Assembly: GCA_951406725.2 (NCBI GenBank)
Contig: OX597831.1
Coordinates: forward strand, 75,640,001 to 75,704,000
Direction: 5' to 3'
DNA: 64,000 bases
DNA from: Octopus vulgaris
Lineage: Eukaryota
Part shown: one piece after another, positions 48,852 to 61,685 of the stretch
Layout: each line of letters starts with the position of its first letter
How positions within the stretch are numbered: the stretch's first letter is position 1
Translations under genes and position numbers: made by a program
Notes under the pieces: generated by a model
Told to the model about the DNA's origin: nothing
The model's input: the letters and a program-made list of their open reading frames with translations, nothing else
The model's database searches: none

Positions 48852-49114
48852 CAGTGGTTCCCAGACGTTTTCGGATTGCTGCCCCCTTGACACTCAGGCC
48901 ACATTCCAAATGCCCCTACCTCAACTAACTACCACAAACGTAGACCTCTTTCTGAAGCAAATTCAAAGTAACTGCATTTCACAAATAAAACTTAACCCAA
49001 CAAATCCATTATTTTGTTATTTTTACATGAATCGCTCCCCCATTATCGCCCCCTTGGAACCTTCCACCGCTCCCAGGCGGGCGCGGGGAATACCGCCCAG
49101 TTTGGGAACCACTG
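48852..49114. mobile_element. hAT (Charlie-like) MITE
   Basis: TIRs CAGTGGTTCCCA / TGGGAACCACTG; flanks ATTTAGAA/TTGTAGAA. Confidence 0.75.
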
Positions 49115-49509
49115 TTGTAGAAGGTAGCGTATTGACATAATGAACTTTGATGGCATATCGTTAAGAAATTCGCTTCGCAACCGCGTAGTCTTAGGTTCAG
49201 TCCCACAATGAGGCATCTTGGGCAAATGTCTTCTTCTATAGCTACAGACCAATCAATTTGCTAATGTCTTGCGAGAGAATTTGGTAGACGGAAACTTGAG
49301 TCATACATGAGGAATTACCTTGGATGTTAATTCTATTTCGGTTTATTGGTATCTGTTTGATATGGTTAACCAAGTTCGCTTAACACTGAATGTTTTCTAG
49401 ATATCTACCTGCATTTATTAATCTATTAATCCACTTTGCCTCTTGTTTTGCACTCACACACACATGTATATATATACATACATACGTACGTACATATATA
49501 TATATACAT

Positions 49510-52084
49510 ACTTGCTGACGTACCCGGTAATTACCGGGAAAGCGGGGCTTATCCCTTGGTTCCATTCTCATAATTGTTTCGCTAATCCAATAACAACTAT
49601 ACAAAGTATGTAGCCCTTGAAACGGTTTTTGTGTATTTACAAAGAATACCAAACTGTCTTACACAGGATTTTGTTTTTAGGAATTCCCAATAAGTTATGA
49701 ATGCCCAAATTGTGAAGTCAGTTATGTAATGACATGAAATTAGTTACCCGATAGTAAGAATTCAAATAAAGTAGCCCCGAAAAGGGCTTTAATGCATTCC
49801 CAGAGTATATAGAACTTTGGAGGAAATACTAATAAGGTATGTTTACTAAAATCGTGAAGCATGTTATGTAATAACAGGCTAATCAGATGTGAGATAATAA
49901 CATTTCAAAGTAAATAACTCTGAAAAGAGCTTTTGTGTGTTCCCAGAGAATATTACCCTCAGGGGCGCTAGTGTTGGTATATTCGAGAGTAAGTCTCTAA
50001 CCGAAATAAGTAAATCTATAGTTTAGGAAAATACTATTTACTTGCTTAAGGGTTGTACTGGATGAATTGAGAAAATAACTCTAACAGTTCAAATACTAAG
50101 AAATAAGCATACTCAATTTGATTTATACCAAATAATTTAAGAAAATGAATGGGTTATTTCCCTTGGTTTTATATCAGGTCATCCCATAAGTTCTGCCCGA
50201 ATTTTGAATAAGGAAAACAAGTGATCAAATGTTATACTTAATTAAAATTTAATCATCAATGTACTTTCCCTGATTATCTATGACTTCCTTCCATTTATTT
50301 ACAAGCTTTTAAATCCCATCAGTGTAAAACTCTTTTGGTTTCAAAGCGAAGAACTCTGAAATGCCAGTTTCGACCTCCTCCTGGCTTGCGAAAGTTATGT
50401 TCTCCCCAAATGATTCTGTAAACTACGAAACAAATGGTAGTCTGAAGGAGAATAAGGTGGATGAGGAATTTTTCCCCAACCAAGCTCTTCGATCTTTTGT
50501 GATGAGATCTTTGCAGTGTGGGGTCGCGCATTGTCCTGATGAAATACCACTCCTTTTCGATTCACTAAAGCGAGTCTTTCTTTCTTCAAAGCTTAGTTCA
50601 AACGCTCTAATTGCCGACAGAAGACTTGAGCATTGATTGTTGCATTAGGTGGTAACAATTCAAAGTGAATTACTCCTTTGCAATCCCACCAGGTAGAGTG
50701 AAAAAACATTTTTCCATGAAGTTCCCTTCTCGGTTGTGGTTGAGCTTTTTCCCTTTTACCAAGCTACTGTTTACGACACTTAACATTTCGATAGAAGATC
50801 CATTTTTCGTCACCAGTCACAAATCTATCCAAAAAGAGTGAAATGATTTTGCGAGAATGGAGAGAATAGCAGATGTCAACTCGGGATTTGCGGTTGCTTT
50901 CGGACAATTCATGAGGCACCCATTTTCCAAGTTTAGGAAACTTTCCAGGTTATTGAAGACGATGATGGATAGTTGTATGGTTTGAACTATACAATTCTTC
51001 AACTGATAATGAAAGATTTTCTTCAAGTAATGCTTCAAGGAGCTTATCATCAAACTCAACTGGACGTCCTGTTCGATCTTCACCTTCAAGGCTGAAATCT
51101 CCACTTCTGAATTTTACAAACCATCTTCTGTAAGTTCTTTCATTCAAGCATTCTTTCCCATAAACGGAGTGTATGTTTCGAGTCGCTTCGGCTGCAGAGT
51201 TTCCTTTTTTGTACTCATAAAGCATTATGTGCCTCAAATGCTCTTTGGATACTTCCATGTTAGAAAGGGTTTTAATCAAAGAAATTTTAAGTCTATTATT
51301 CTGTAAAATAATACTTAATTAGTCTAATGTACACAAATGCATAAAAATAATGTTTAATTTCATTAGACATTCTAAAATACTCTCTTTACTCTTTTACTCT
51401 TTTACTTGTTTCAGTCATTTGACTGCGGCCATGCTGAGCACCGCCTTTAGTCGAGCAAATCGACCCCGGGACTTATTCTTTGTAAGCCCAGTACTTATTC
51501 TATCGGTCACTTTTACCGAACCGCTAAGTGACGGGGACGTAAACACACCAGCATTTTTGTCAAGCAATGCTAGGGGGACAAACACAAACTTATATATATT
51601 TATACATATATACGACAGGCTTCTTTCAGTTTCCGTCTACCAAATCCACTCACAAGGCATTGGTCGGCCCGGGGCTATAGCAGAAGACACTTGCCCAAGA
51701 TGCCACGCAGTGGGACTGAACCCGGAACCATGTGGTTGGTAAGCAAGCTACTTACCACACAGCCACTCCTGCGCCTATTAAGTTTCATTCAATTTTAAAA
51801 AAGGTAAAATCAGACAGAACTTATGAAATGACCTGATATAAGGATATTTTCCAGACGAATGGATTATTTCCCATGGATCTTAAAATAAAATATATTAGTT
51901 ATATATAAGGATCCCCTTCCAGGGCTCTGTTATCCATTTTTCCAACAATCTGAGTATGCCAAGAGGTTTCCAGACGTGAGTTCTACTCATGTGTCAAGTT
52001 TCATCAAAATCGATAAAACGATGTAGAAGGAGTTAGATAACAACTCCACTAACACACCCACAGACAGAATTTTCCACATATGTA

Positions 52085-52085
<1 letters not shown>
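49510..52085. mobile_element. Possible non-autonomous Helitron/Helentron-like element hosting the mariner
   Basis: Begins with hairpin CCCGGTAATTACCGGG, has internal tandem repeats of about 120 bp, and ends AAGTTTCATCAAAATCG...ACAGACAG before (TA)n. Confidence 0.4.
50172..51838 (-). mobile_element. Full-length decayed mariner with a SINE A (51385-51776) in its 5' region
   Basis: TIRs TATCAGGTCAT..CATAAGTTCTG, TA duplications at 50170 and 51839. Motifs WVPHEL, VTGDEKW, HQDNARPH, HPPYSPSDYHLF across frameshifts. Confidence 0.92.
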
Positions 52086-52144
<59 letters not shown>

Positions 52145-52497
52145 ATAAAACGGTAAGATAACAAAAGAAAGAAAGAGACCTCAATATTATGTAAATAGAG
52201 GAAATTTATCTATACAATATGTTACATTACTCGGTAGTCAAGATAAAACTCTGAGTTTCAGATGCCGAAGTGGAAATCCACAACACCATCTCTTCGGTTA
52301 TCTGGCTATTTGAAAACGTTATGAAAAAATACCGTTAAAAATGAAGGGAAATTACTCTGTTATAACTCTGCTTTGCCTGCGTACTTATACATCGCTCGCA
52401 TTTTTCGTCATAAAAATTATATAAAAATACATAAAAATATATAAAAATATATAAAAATATATAAAATCTTCTTGGGACATAACACAGAAAGCATGTT

Positions 52498-53109
52498 CTA
52501 TCCGTTTTCTTTAGGGGACCAAAAACGTAACAGAAATTTAGTCACATGTGGGCATGATCCGAAAAGCTCTGTCCTTGTATTTAGACATGTGGTAGGGTCT
52601 AAGCTGCTTTTCCAGATAAGCCATCTCTCCATGTCGCATAAACCGCACCTTCCGCTGCCGTTAGTATAGGGCTTACATCTGGCCAAAATCTTCCATTGTA
52701 TGTTATAATCGACACCTTTATCTCTTAAAGACCAAATATGATTGGATAATTGTGTCGCTTTTCTTTTGTTCCAGTGCCTAAAGCTCAAAGTGTGGTTATT
52801 GAACCTGGCCTTGAAATTACCCTCTGTCAGGCCCACGTATTTCTTCGTCGAAACGGTGTCTTTAGTGGTTATAGAGTTTACGGTAGCTTCATATATGATG
52901 GTCTTGGACATGCAAGCTCCATTTAGCGGGCACAATTCTTTATTCCTGCATGAACAGCTGTTTTCTTCTTGTGTTTTTTGTATGTTATGATTGATTATGT
53001 TTTTAAAATTGGTAGTTGAACTAAAACTAATTTTTAAATTGTGTCTATTGAAGAGTTTCCTATAAGCATGGTTAACTGGAAAATGTCTATCTATCAGTGC
53101 TAGGAAATA
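52498..53109 (-). CDS. Penelope-like RT C-terminus/linker and GIY-YIG endonuclease (5'-truncated, open frame)
   Basis: FLALIDRHFP...KLFNRHNLKISFS...CSCRNKELCPLNGAC...IIYEATV...YVGLTEGNFKARFNNH...CGLC...LNTRTELFGSCPH. Confidence 0.85.
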   Translation of the reverse strand, partial: YFLALIDRHFPVNHAYRKLFNRHNLKISFSSTTNFKNIINHNIQKTQEENSCSCRNKELCPLNGACMSKTIIYEATVNSITTKDTVSTKKYVGLTEGNFKARFNNHTLSFRHWNKRKATQLSNHIWSLRDKGVDYNIQWKILARCKPYTNGSGRCGLCDMERWLIWKSSLDPTTCLNTRTELFGSCPHVTKFLLRFWSPKENG

Positions 53110-53272
53110 TTTTATATATTTTTATATATTTTTATATATTTTTATGTATTTTTATATAATTTTTATGACGAAAAATGCGAGCGATGTATAAGTACGCAGG
53201 CAAAGCAGAGTTATAACAGAGTAATTTCCCTTCATTTTTAACGGTATTTTTTCATAACGTTTTCAAATAGCC

Positions 53273-53335
53273 AGATAACCGAAGAGATGGTGTTGTGGAT
53301 TTCCACTTCGGCATCTGAAACTCAGAGTTTTATCT
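53273..53335 (+). ncRNA. Hammerhead-like motif in the PLE repeat (mirror copy 52241-52303 minus)
   Basis: AGATAA-CCGAAGA-GATG...CATC-T-GAAA-CTCAGAG-TT-TTATCT; one extra nucleotide at the base of stem II. Confidence 0.6.
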
Positions 53336-53357
53336 TGACTACCGAGTAATGTAACAT

Positions 53358-53422
<65 letters not shown>

Positions 53423-53461
53423 ATACATATGTATATATATATATATGTGTATATGTATATG

Positions 53462-53519
<58 letters not shown>

Positions 53520-53523
<4 letters not shown>

Positions 53524-53990
53524 GTTCTGGTATCCAGAAGATCCAAAATGTAGGTAAGGCTATGTAAGTGCTACCGAAGGACCGCTGTTAAACTCCCGGT
53601 TCGATAACAGTATGAGTGAGGAGTCTGACGCGGGTTGCGTGTGAGCGTGTATAGGTTAAGTAAAATGGGACAACAAAGCGAAGTCAGTGTGAAATTTTTA
53701 GGACATTTATAAAGACAAAGGTAGTCTTAACAGCTGTTTCAGGGATATAAAAGATATCCCATCATCAGAGACGATAAGAGAGAGTTGAATAGAAGGAAAT
53801 AGTAGAGTTCAGTGTAAAAAGTTATTTTGGAAAGGGAGAAATATAAAGGGAAATATGAGAATAAAAATAAAGATATATGTTGGATGTTAAACCTTGCTGT
53901 TCCATTATCCAAAGAATGTGTTGTGCAGAATGGGCGAAAAGGCTTCCTGTCCATGGTATGTAAGTTCCGGTAGGATTTCATATTTTATTA
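53520..53990 (-). mobile_element. Second Penelope-like 3' remnant
   Basis: Contains a hammerhead motif and a frameshifted MEQQGL peptide resembling the PLE-terminal P.GLN motif; adjoins (TA)n. Confidence 0.5.
53724..53772 (-). ncRNA. Minimal hammerhead ribozyme motif, canonical core
   Basis: GTCT-CTGATGA-T-GGGATAT(CTTTT)ATATCCC-T-GAAA-CAGCTG-TTA-AGAC; palindromic stem III. Confidence 0.7.
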
Positions 53991-54359
53991 CAAATGGATA
54001 GTGTGCAGGTATGTATAGATGTGTGTGTGTATGTATGTATGTGTTTACGAAAAAAACAACAACAAAAGACGAAGACAGGTGGTGTAGAAAACAAACAGAT
54101 TTATTAGTATAACGCTTAGGAATAGGAAAAGTCTTTTACGTTTCGAGCCTAGGCTCTTCTCCAGAAAGGGACACAGAAAAAACAAGGAGAGAAAAAAAAA
54201 TGTGTGTAGTGGCTAACGATCTATCATATATATATATATATATATGATAGATTGTAAATAAAAAAAGAACAAACACACACATAAAAAAAAACAACGCGAG
54301 GAGGTGGTACACGTAAAGTATTAGCAGACGCCCCGGGAGGGAAAGAAAGATGGTTTGAC

Positions 54360-54492
54360 GGTTCTTCAAGTAATGCCTGAAGAAGCTCATCATGAAACTC
54401 AACTGGACGCCCTGTTCGATCTTCATCTTCAAGGCAGAAATCTCCACTTCTGAATTTTACAAACTAACTCATGCAAGTTCTTTCATTCAAGC
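54360..54492 (-). pseudogene. mariner fragment
   Basis: Similar to 51018-51150. Confidence 0.8.
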
Positions 54493-54494
54493 AA

Positions 54495-54506
54495 CTAGTA
54501 GTAGTT

Positions 54507-54550
<44 letters not shown>

Positions 54551-54631
54551 GATAGTGATAGAATTATTATTGATAGTAGTTGTAATAGTATTTTTCGGGG
54601 ACACACGCACAGACACACAGACACACACACA

Positions 54632-54730
<99 letters not shown>

Positions 54731-55767
54731 ACTGTCATAACAGAGGAAAGTCCAAACAAACAAACACGACTGAAAACAATACCTTCACCTTTGCTAAGGT
54801 GGAGGTAATAACTGGCGAGCTGGCAGAAACGGTTAGCACGCCGGGCGAAATGCGTAGCCGTATTTCGTCTGCCGTTACGTTCTGAGTTCAAATTCCGCCG
54901 ACGTCGACTTTGCCTTTCATCTTTTCGGGGTCGATTAAATAAGTAGCAGTTATGCACTGGGGTCGATGTAATCGACTTAATCCGTTTGTCTGTCCTTGTT
55001 TGTCCCCTCTGTGTTTAGCCCCTTGTGGGTAATAAAGAAATAGGTATTTCGTCTGCCGCTACGTTCTGAGTTCAAATTCCGCCGACGTCGACTTTGCCTT
55101 TCATCTTTTCGGGGTCGTTTAAATAAGTAGCAGTTACGCACTGGGGTTGATATAATTGACTTCATCCGCTTGTCTGTCCTCTCTGTGTTTAGCCCCTGGT
55201 GGGTAGTAAAGAAATAGGTAATAACTGGTTATGAAGACTGGATGTAGAAAACTGATTGCATCTTCTCTCTTTTCAAGACTCTTCTTTTCTAGGTTATTCG
55301 ATGCGGAAGAGGAACTACAGAAAAAAAAAGAAAGAAATAAAATACTCCTTGTATAATATGGCAGTTTCTTTTCTTTTTTTTTATATATTTTCCAAACGAG
55401 ATCAAACTTGAAATTAGGGGATACGTCTTATACGCGGTACTCGTATTATACACGAGGTTATCATGTTTCTAAGACAATTAATGCCCTCCGCCTCCCATCA
55501 CGACAGGCGTGGTGGTTGTGGTGGTAGTGATGGCGGTGGTGAAAGAAGGAGTAGCAGTAACAGTGGTAGTAGAAGTAGTAGTAAAAGTAAGAGTAGTAGT
55601 AGTAGTAGTACTAAAAGCAGTAACATTATTAACTGCAGTAGTAGTCATAGCAGCAGCAGCAGAAGCAGTAGTAGTAGTAGTAGCTGTAGTAGTAGTAGTA
55701 GTAGCAGCAGCAATTGTGGTTTTGCACCGATTCACAAGCCCTAATATTCTGATGCACAACTGGCATG

Positions 55768-55801
<34 letters not shown>

Positions 55802-55824
55802 TTACTACCGCTGCTACTGCTGCA

Positions 55825-55870
<46 letters not shown>

Positions 55871-55914
55871 ATACTACTACTACTACCGCCGCCGACCTCA
55901 CCACCACCACCACC

Positions 55915-55945
<31 letters not shown>

Positions 55946-56770
55946 TTAGTAGTATTAGTAGTTGTAGTAGTGGTGGTGGTAGTAGTAGTATTGATAGTGA
56001 TAGTATTAATATTGATAGTAGTAGTAGTAGTATTTCTCGGACACACGCACCCACACGCACGCACCCACACAGACCCACTGTCACAACAAATACCATTTAC
56101 TCCAGATATTTCATCCATGACAAAAAAAAAAGAAAAAAAAACGAGAGAAGGGAGTAGCGAAGGGACCCAAAATAGAAACCCTTCATTTTAATTCTTGTCA
56201 CGAACGCCGTTGTATTTCTTGTCTTCAAAAACATCATCATCATCATCACCACCACCACAACCACCACCACCACCACCACCACCACCACCACCACAACCAC
56301 CACCACCACCACCACCACCACCACCACCACCACCACCACCACCACCACCACCATCACCACCACCACCACCACCACCACCACCACCACCACCAACAACAAC
56401 AACATCAACAACCTAAACAAACGTAACAACAGAAAGGCGCCCATCCCTACGTCCCACGAAGAAATGTTTATTTAGGTGAACCCGTACAGCCTCAGACATT
56501 CGACCCCTTTTTCAGTCTCCCTTATAAAACCACAAAACAAACCCACATCCCAGCTTTGTAGACACATTATATCGAATATTAAAGTATTTTAAAACCTCTT
56601 TTATTATTATTATTATTTGATACGAAATATTAGTCTCGTCCTTCTTCTTCTTCTTCTTCTTCTTCTTCTTCTTCTTCTTCTTCTTCTTCTTCTTCTTCTT
56701 CTTCTTCTTCTTCTTCTTCTTCTTCTTCTTCTTCTTCTTCTTCTTCTTCTTCTTCTTCTTCTTCTTCTTC
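54495..56770. repeat. Microsatellite field: (AGT)n, (CA)n, (ACT)n, (CCA)n, (CTT)n, with tandem SINE B at 54814-55220
   Basis: Directly visible. Confidence 0.95.
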
Positions 56771-57340
56771 TCCACAATGGTTTTTGATTGATCGCTTTTG
56801 TTTGTTTGGACAATGGAGGCGCATAGTCTAGTTAGGGTATTCGGCCCCGGATCGTAAGGTCGTGAGTTCGATTCCCGGCTGCGCGTTCTGTCCTTGAGCG
56901 CAGTATACTTTATTTCACGCTGCTCCAGTCGAGTGGACTGGGGCACTACGTGTGAACGACGAGCATTACGAAAAGGCGAAAACCACGCGAAATAAAGCAC
57001 CTTGCTGGTAAAAATTAGTGGTACCTGTAAATCAAAGGGCCAGCTACATCGGTTTGAGAATGTCTTCTCTAACGTCCCAATTCGCAGCCAGCCGGCGAAT
57101 AAGCAAGGCACTTACATTGTGTATGTGTGTTCGACATTGTTTAAAGAATTCGAGCTGTTTCTAATTCATATTTGAATTTATTCTTACGTATTCAACGTCG
57201 GGGTATACCAGCAAATGCTTCTTCACCATTTTACAGATAGTCATGGACAAGCCCTGACTATATCGCAGGAAATAGCAGCCAAATTTCTTTCAAATTACAA
57301 TGGACACACACACACACACACACAGAGACATATATATATT

Positions 57341-57417
<77 letters not shown>

Positions 57418-57482
57418 GTATATGTAAACAAGAAGAAAAAAGTAAGCAAATCTTTTTATTGCATCAATTTACTATCCTGTCA

Positions 57483-57880
57483 AGGCGGCGAGCTGGCAGA
57501 AACGTTAGCACGCCGGTTGAAATGCGTAACCGTATTTCGTCTGCCGTTACGTTCTGAGTTCAAATTCCGCCGAGGTCGACTTTGCCTTTCATCCTTTCGG
57601 GGTCGATAAATTAAGTATTAGTTACGCACCGGGGTCGATGTAATCGACTTAATCCGTTTGTCCGTCCTTGTTTGTCTCCTCTGTGTTTAGCCCCTTGTGG
57701 GTAGTAAAGAAAAAGGTATTTCATCTGTCTTTACATTCTGAGTTCAAATTCCGCCGAGGTCGACTTTACCTTTCATCCTTTCGGGGTCGTCAAATTAAGT
57801 TCCAGTTGTGTACTGGGGATCGATCTAATCGACTGGCCCCCTCCCCCAAAATTTCGGGCCTTGTGCCTAGAGTAGAAAAG
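57483..57880 (+). mobile_element. SINE family B dimer
   Basis: Flanked by duplicated AATTTAC(T/A)ATCCTGTCA. Confidence 0.85.
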
Positions 57881-58109
57881 AATTTACAATCCTGTCATCT
57901 GAATTCGATCTCATGAATATTGCTTTACGTATTCTGCATTAATATATACAACAATTAATTCATGAGGTGTCATTGTAAAAACACGTGCCGAGTTCGACTC
58001 TTCGGAGTGAATTATGTGTGTGTGCACCAGTTTGTGTCAAAGGTTTTTTTTTTGTATTTCACGCTTTAACTAATAGTTTAAACAAACAACACACGAAAAG
58101 CGTTTATTC

Positions 58110-59700
58110 ATCAGAATATATCGCATCATATTCTTTTGTCGGTTGGCATCATTGTGCCAGAAGTTCAATTCCATGCTTCTACCAGTTTTGACTGGTTTAG
58201 AGGCGAAACCTCGCTGCACCCATTAGCAACCTCATTCAAATTATTGAGCCTCCTTCCGGGCAGGAAATGAGTCACAGCTCGCAAGAAATGGTAATCTAAT
58301 GCTGTAACGTTTCCACTGTAGGCAGGGAGAGGCAACACTTCCAGACTTCCTCAAATTCCTCGATTTTATGCTCAAGTCCCATTGGTAGTGTGTACTGGGG
58401 TGTTGTTATTCTGTAAGAGTGCGTGCCTTCGATTCACCGATGCCGGGCAGCGGACTTTCAATGCATCGTCGCTGCCGTCGTTAAGCATACAGGTTCGAGT
58501 TCACAGTAGGACCATCGGGAACAAGCTCGAAGGGAAATAACTTTCGAAATTCCAGCAAACACACAACATGACCTTCTGTTCAAACTGCCCTTGTTTGACA
58601 ACAGGTTCTGAAGCTTGGCCGGAACGAAGCACCTAATTTCTCTCGCTAGGATTACAAAAATAGATCTATTTTCCACCCACCCCATTACAATTAGACACCA
58701 AAGAAATGGGTATCTTGTGGATTTGCCAGTTCTTTGCCAATGTTTATATGTAGTTGAACCTGGTCATTGGTCAGTTTAAGAGGAGCTTCTTGATAGGGTC
58801 GAGCGTAAGATGTTGATTGAAGGTGCTTTGTGAAGGAACAAACTCTGCCGACAATGTGCGCGTGCTTGTGCATGGCTGTTGTTCACCTTACACCACAGGT
58901 TTCTCAGACCTTCGTCCATCAACAAACCTGATGTTATCTTCCTTCAAACATTTGAACCAGTTTTGTGTCACACATTCGTTGACAGTTCTTGGACCTTCCT
59001 CATCATTAACCCTTCGTGGGTTGGTGGGGTCTCAAAGGACCCCAGCTAATTTTAAAATTCATGCAAATTTTACATTTTTTATTTAAATGATTTTATATCT
59101 CATCCCTTTTACTGTCAACAGATTATGAATGCACATACAAATTTCCAGTTAAAAATTTCCAGTCATATGGATGTTATAGCATAAAATAGGGTCATTGGAG
59201 TCCAACTGGACCCTTTTGGCCTTCAGTGAAATTATATTTTCCTATTCTTTTTCTCAGATTTTCTGATCAACTATAAATCAATTTTCTTCGTATTTGTTCT
59301 GGTATAAATCAATACACTAAATAATTTCTTTCATTTTATATTTCGTGCTGTATGTATAGTTTATAAAACTATAAAAGATGATGATTTCTTTCAATAAAGG
59401 TCTTTTTCGGTCAATAAATTATATTTTAATTCCCCTTCATTAAACGCAAATAATTACAAATATATACCTATAAAGTATGAAATTTCTTGTTCTGTATCAT
59501 GCACCCACACATATATACAAGATTAAACAAATCTTTATAGATAGTATGGACATGCACAAAAATAAAAAGGGTGTCCCTCGGGACTCCAATAACTTTTTTG
59601 TGTAATTCCCACGCCGCCGGCCCACGAAGGGTTCATTTGCTTTGCCCACTGCCCGTTTCCCTACAGGTAGCGTACAACGGCTCTAATTACAATTTCTATT
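58110..59700 (-). pseudogene. Old mariner transposase pseudogene split by a piggyBac-type MITE
   Basis: NDEEGPRTVNECVTQNWFK, VMLCVCWNF, TVNSNLY, LPLPAYS...LDYHFLR across many lesions. Confidence 0.75.
59010..59631. mobile_element. piggyBac-type MITE
   Basis: TTAA-CCCTTCGTGGG...CCCACGAAGGG-TTCA, with GG.GTC...GAC.CC subterminal palindromes. Confidence 0.8.
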
Positions 59701-60011
59701 ATTAAAATTATAAAATAAAGAATAAATAATTAATTTTTCCACGTAATTATATATATATAAATTAAAGAATAAATAATTCAACAACGATTGGACAATAACT
59801 TGTCCAATCAGATTAATAATATGACATGGAGATACAAGTTGCTAAAAACATCAGAGAAACTTCGTGAAAACATTTGACTCAAGGTGGTACATACACACAT
59901 ACACACACGCACACACACAAAGGTAAAAAGAGGTGTATATAAATGCACGCGTACATACATATATACATACATACATACATAGAAACAAACCTACCTACCT
60001 ACCTACATACA

Positions 60012-60045
<34 letters not shown>

Positions 60046-60844
60046 CAAACAGACAGACACACACACGCGTGTATGTGTGTGTGAGTGTGTGCGTGTATGT
60101 CTCTTTCAGTTCGTCCTTACACCGTTTGATAACTGGTGCTGGTTTGTTTATGTCCCTGTTACTTAGCAGTTCTGCGAAAGTGACCGACAATAAGTATCAG
60201 ACGAGGAAAAAAAAAACCCCAAAGAAATAAGTCCCGGGGACGATTTGCTTTCCTAAACCCTTCATAGCAGTGCTCCAGCATGGCCGCAGTCCAATGACCG
60301 AAGCCAGTAAAAAAAGAAACATTTGAAAACATTTGGCCTGACTACACTAACACTCCACATTTCTTATCTCTACTCTCCTCGTCACTCCAAAAAAACCCCC
60401 AGAAAAACAAAATCCACCTAGACTGGATTTGAACTCAAAACGTCAAGATTCGTAAACTAAATATTAAAAAAAACCCGTTCCCTTGCCAGCTTTACCTTCC
60501 CCCATCACCTCGCCTGTAATATAGACACTGCATAATGTAAATCTGTTTGCCTTATTGGAATTATGTTCTCTAAACAAACAGTCCAGCACCGTTATTGCCA
60601 CATTCAAACCACCACCACCACCAACAACAACAGCAACAGCGCCCTCTGTATGTCGGCCCACATAAACACAACCAGTGTTACAGACGACAGTTAAAATGTC
60701 GGTGATGTGGACATGGATTTGTGTGTCTATGTGTTTGTATTTGAATCTTAATTACCAAATACCCGCTGCAGTCTTAATCACCAGACACCCACCCGCTGCA
60801 AATCTTGACACTTGAGTGACTTATTAAATAGAATAAATGAAAAT

Positions 60845-60894
<50 letters not shown>

Positions 60895-61144
60895 CCCGGA
60901 AAATGCACCCTTCGTTCTGTTTAATAACAGCCTTACAACACTAGATGTTGTACAACAATACAATCTGTTTGAAACGAGAAAAAAAGGAAAGGGGTGGGTG
61001 GGTAGGTGGGTGGGTGGGGGAAATGACATCTTCCTTTCTCCCCCTCCCCCGCCTCAAGCTGCAAAAACCAAAATAGAAAATAAAACAACAAAAAAAACAT
61101 GGGTGGTTCTACACGTTTAGAATTCTCTTTCGTAGCAGACATTC

Positions 61145-61291
61145 TCGTCGTCGTCGTCGTCGTCGTCGTAGTCATAAGCGTCTTTACCACCGCAACCTCC
61201 ATCACCATCTTCACCACCAACATCATTGCCACCCTCCTCCTCCTCTTAGTCATCATCATCATCATCGTCGTCGTCATCATCATCATCGTCG

Positions 61292-61326
<35 letters not shown>

Positions 61327-61339
61327 GTCATCGTCATCG

Positions 61340-61384
<45 letters not shown>

Positions 61385-61432
61385 CCATCATCGTCATCAT
61401 CATCATCATCATCATCATCGTCATCGTCATCG

Positions 61433-61470
<38 letters not shown>

Positions 61471-61474
61471 GTCG

Positions 61475-61529
<55 letters not shown>

Positions 61530-61685
61530 CATCATTATCATATTCATCATCATCATCATCGTCATCATCATCATCATCATAATCATCATCATCATCGTCA
61601 TCATCATCATCATCACCATCATCATCATCACCGTCGTCATCATCATCATCATCATCAGTAGCATCACCATCATGGTCATCATCAT
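61145..61685. repeat. Long (CAT/CGT)n tract
   Basis: Directly visible; source of the poly-M/I ORFs. Confidence 0.95.

Larger units (their letters stand above)
52141..53365 (-). mobile_element. 5'-truncated Penelope-like element (Naiad-type) with inverted terminal repeat
   Basis: Near-perfect inverted repeats of about 250 bp (52211-52460 / 53110-53365) around a GIY-YIG ORF; (TA)n on both flanks. Confidence 0.88.

Noticed and set aside
52498-53109. Selenoprotein recoding as in some Naiad elements
   Set aside because: The frame has no internal TGA in the preserved part.
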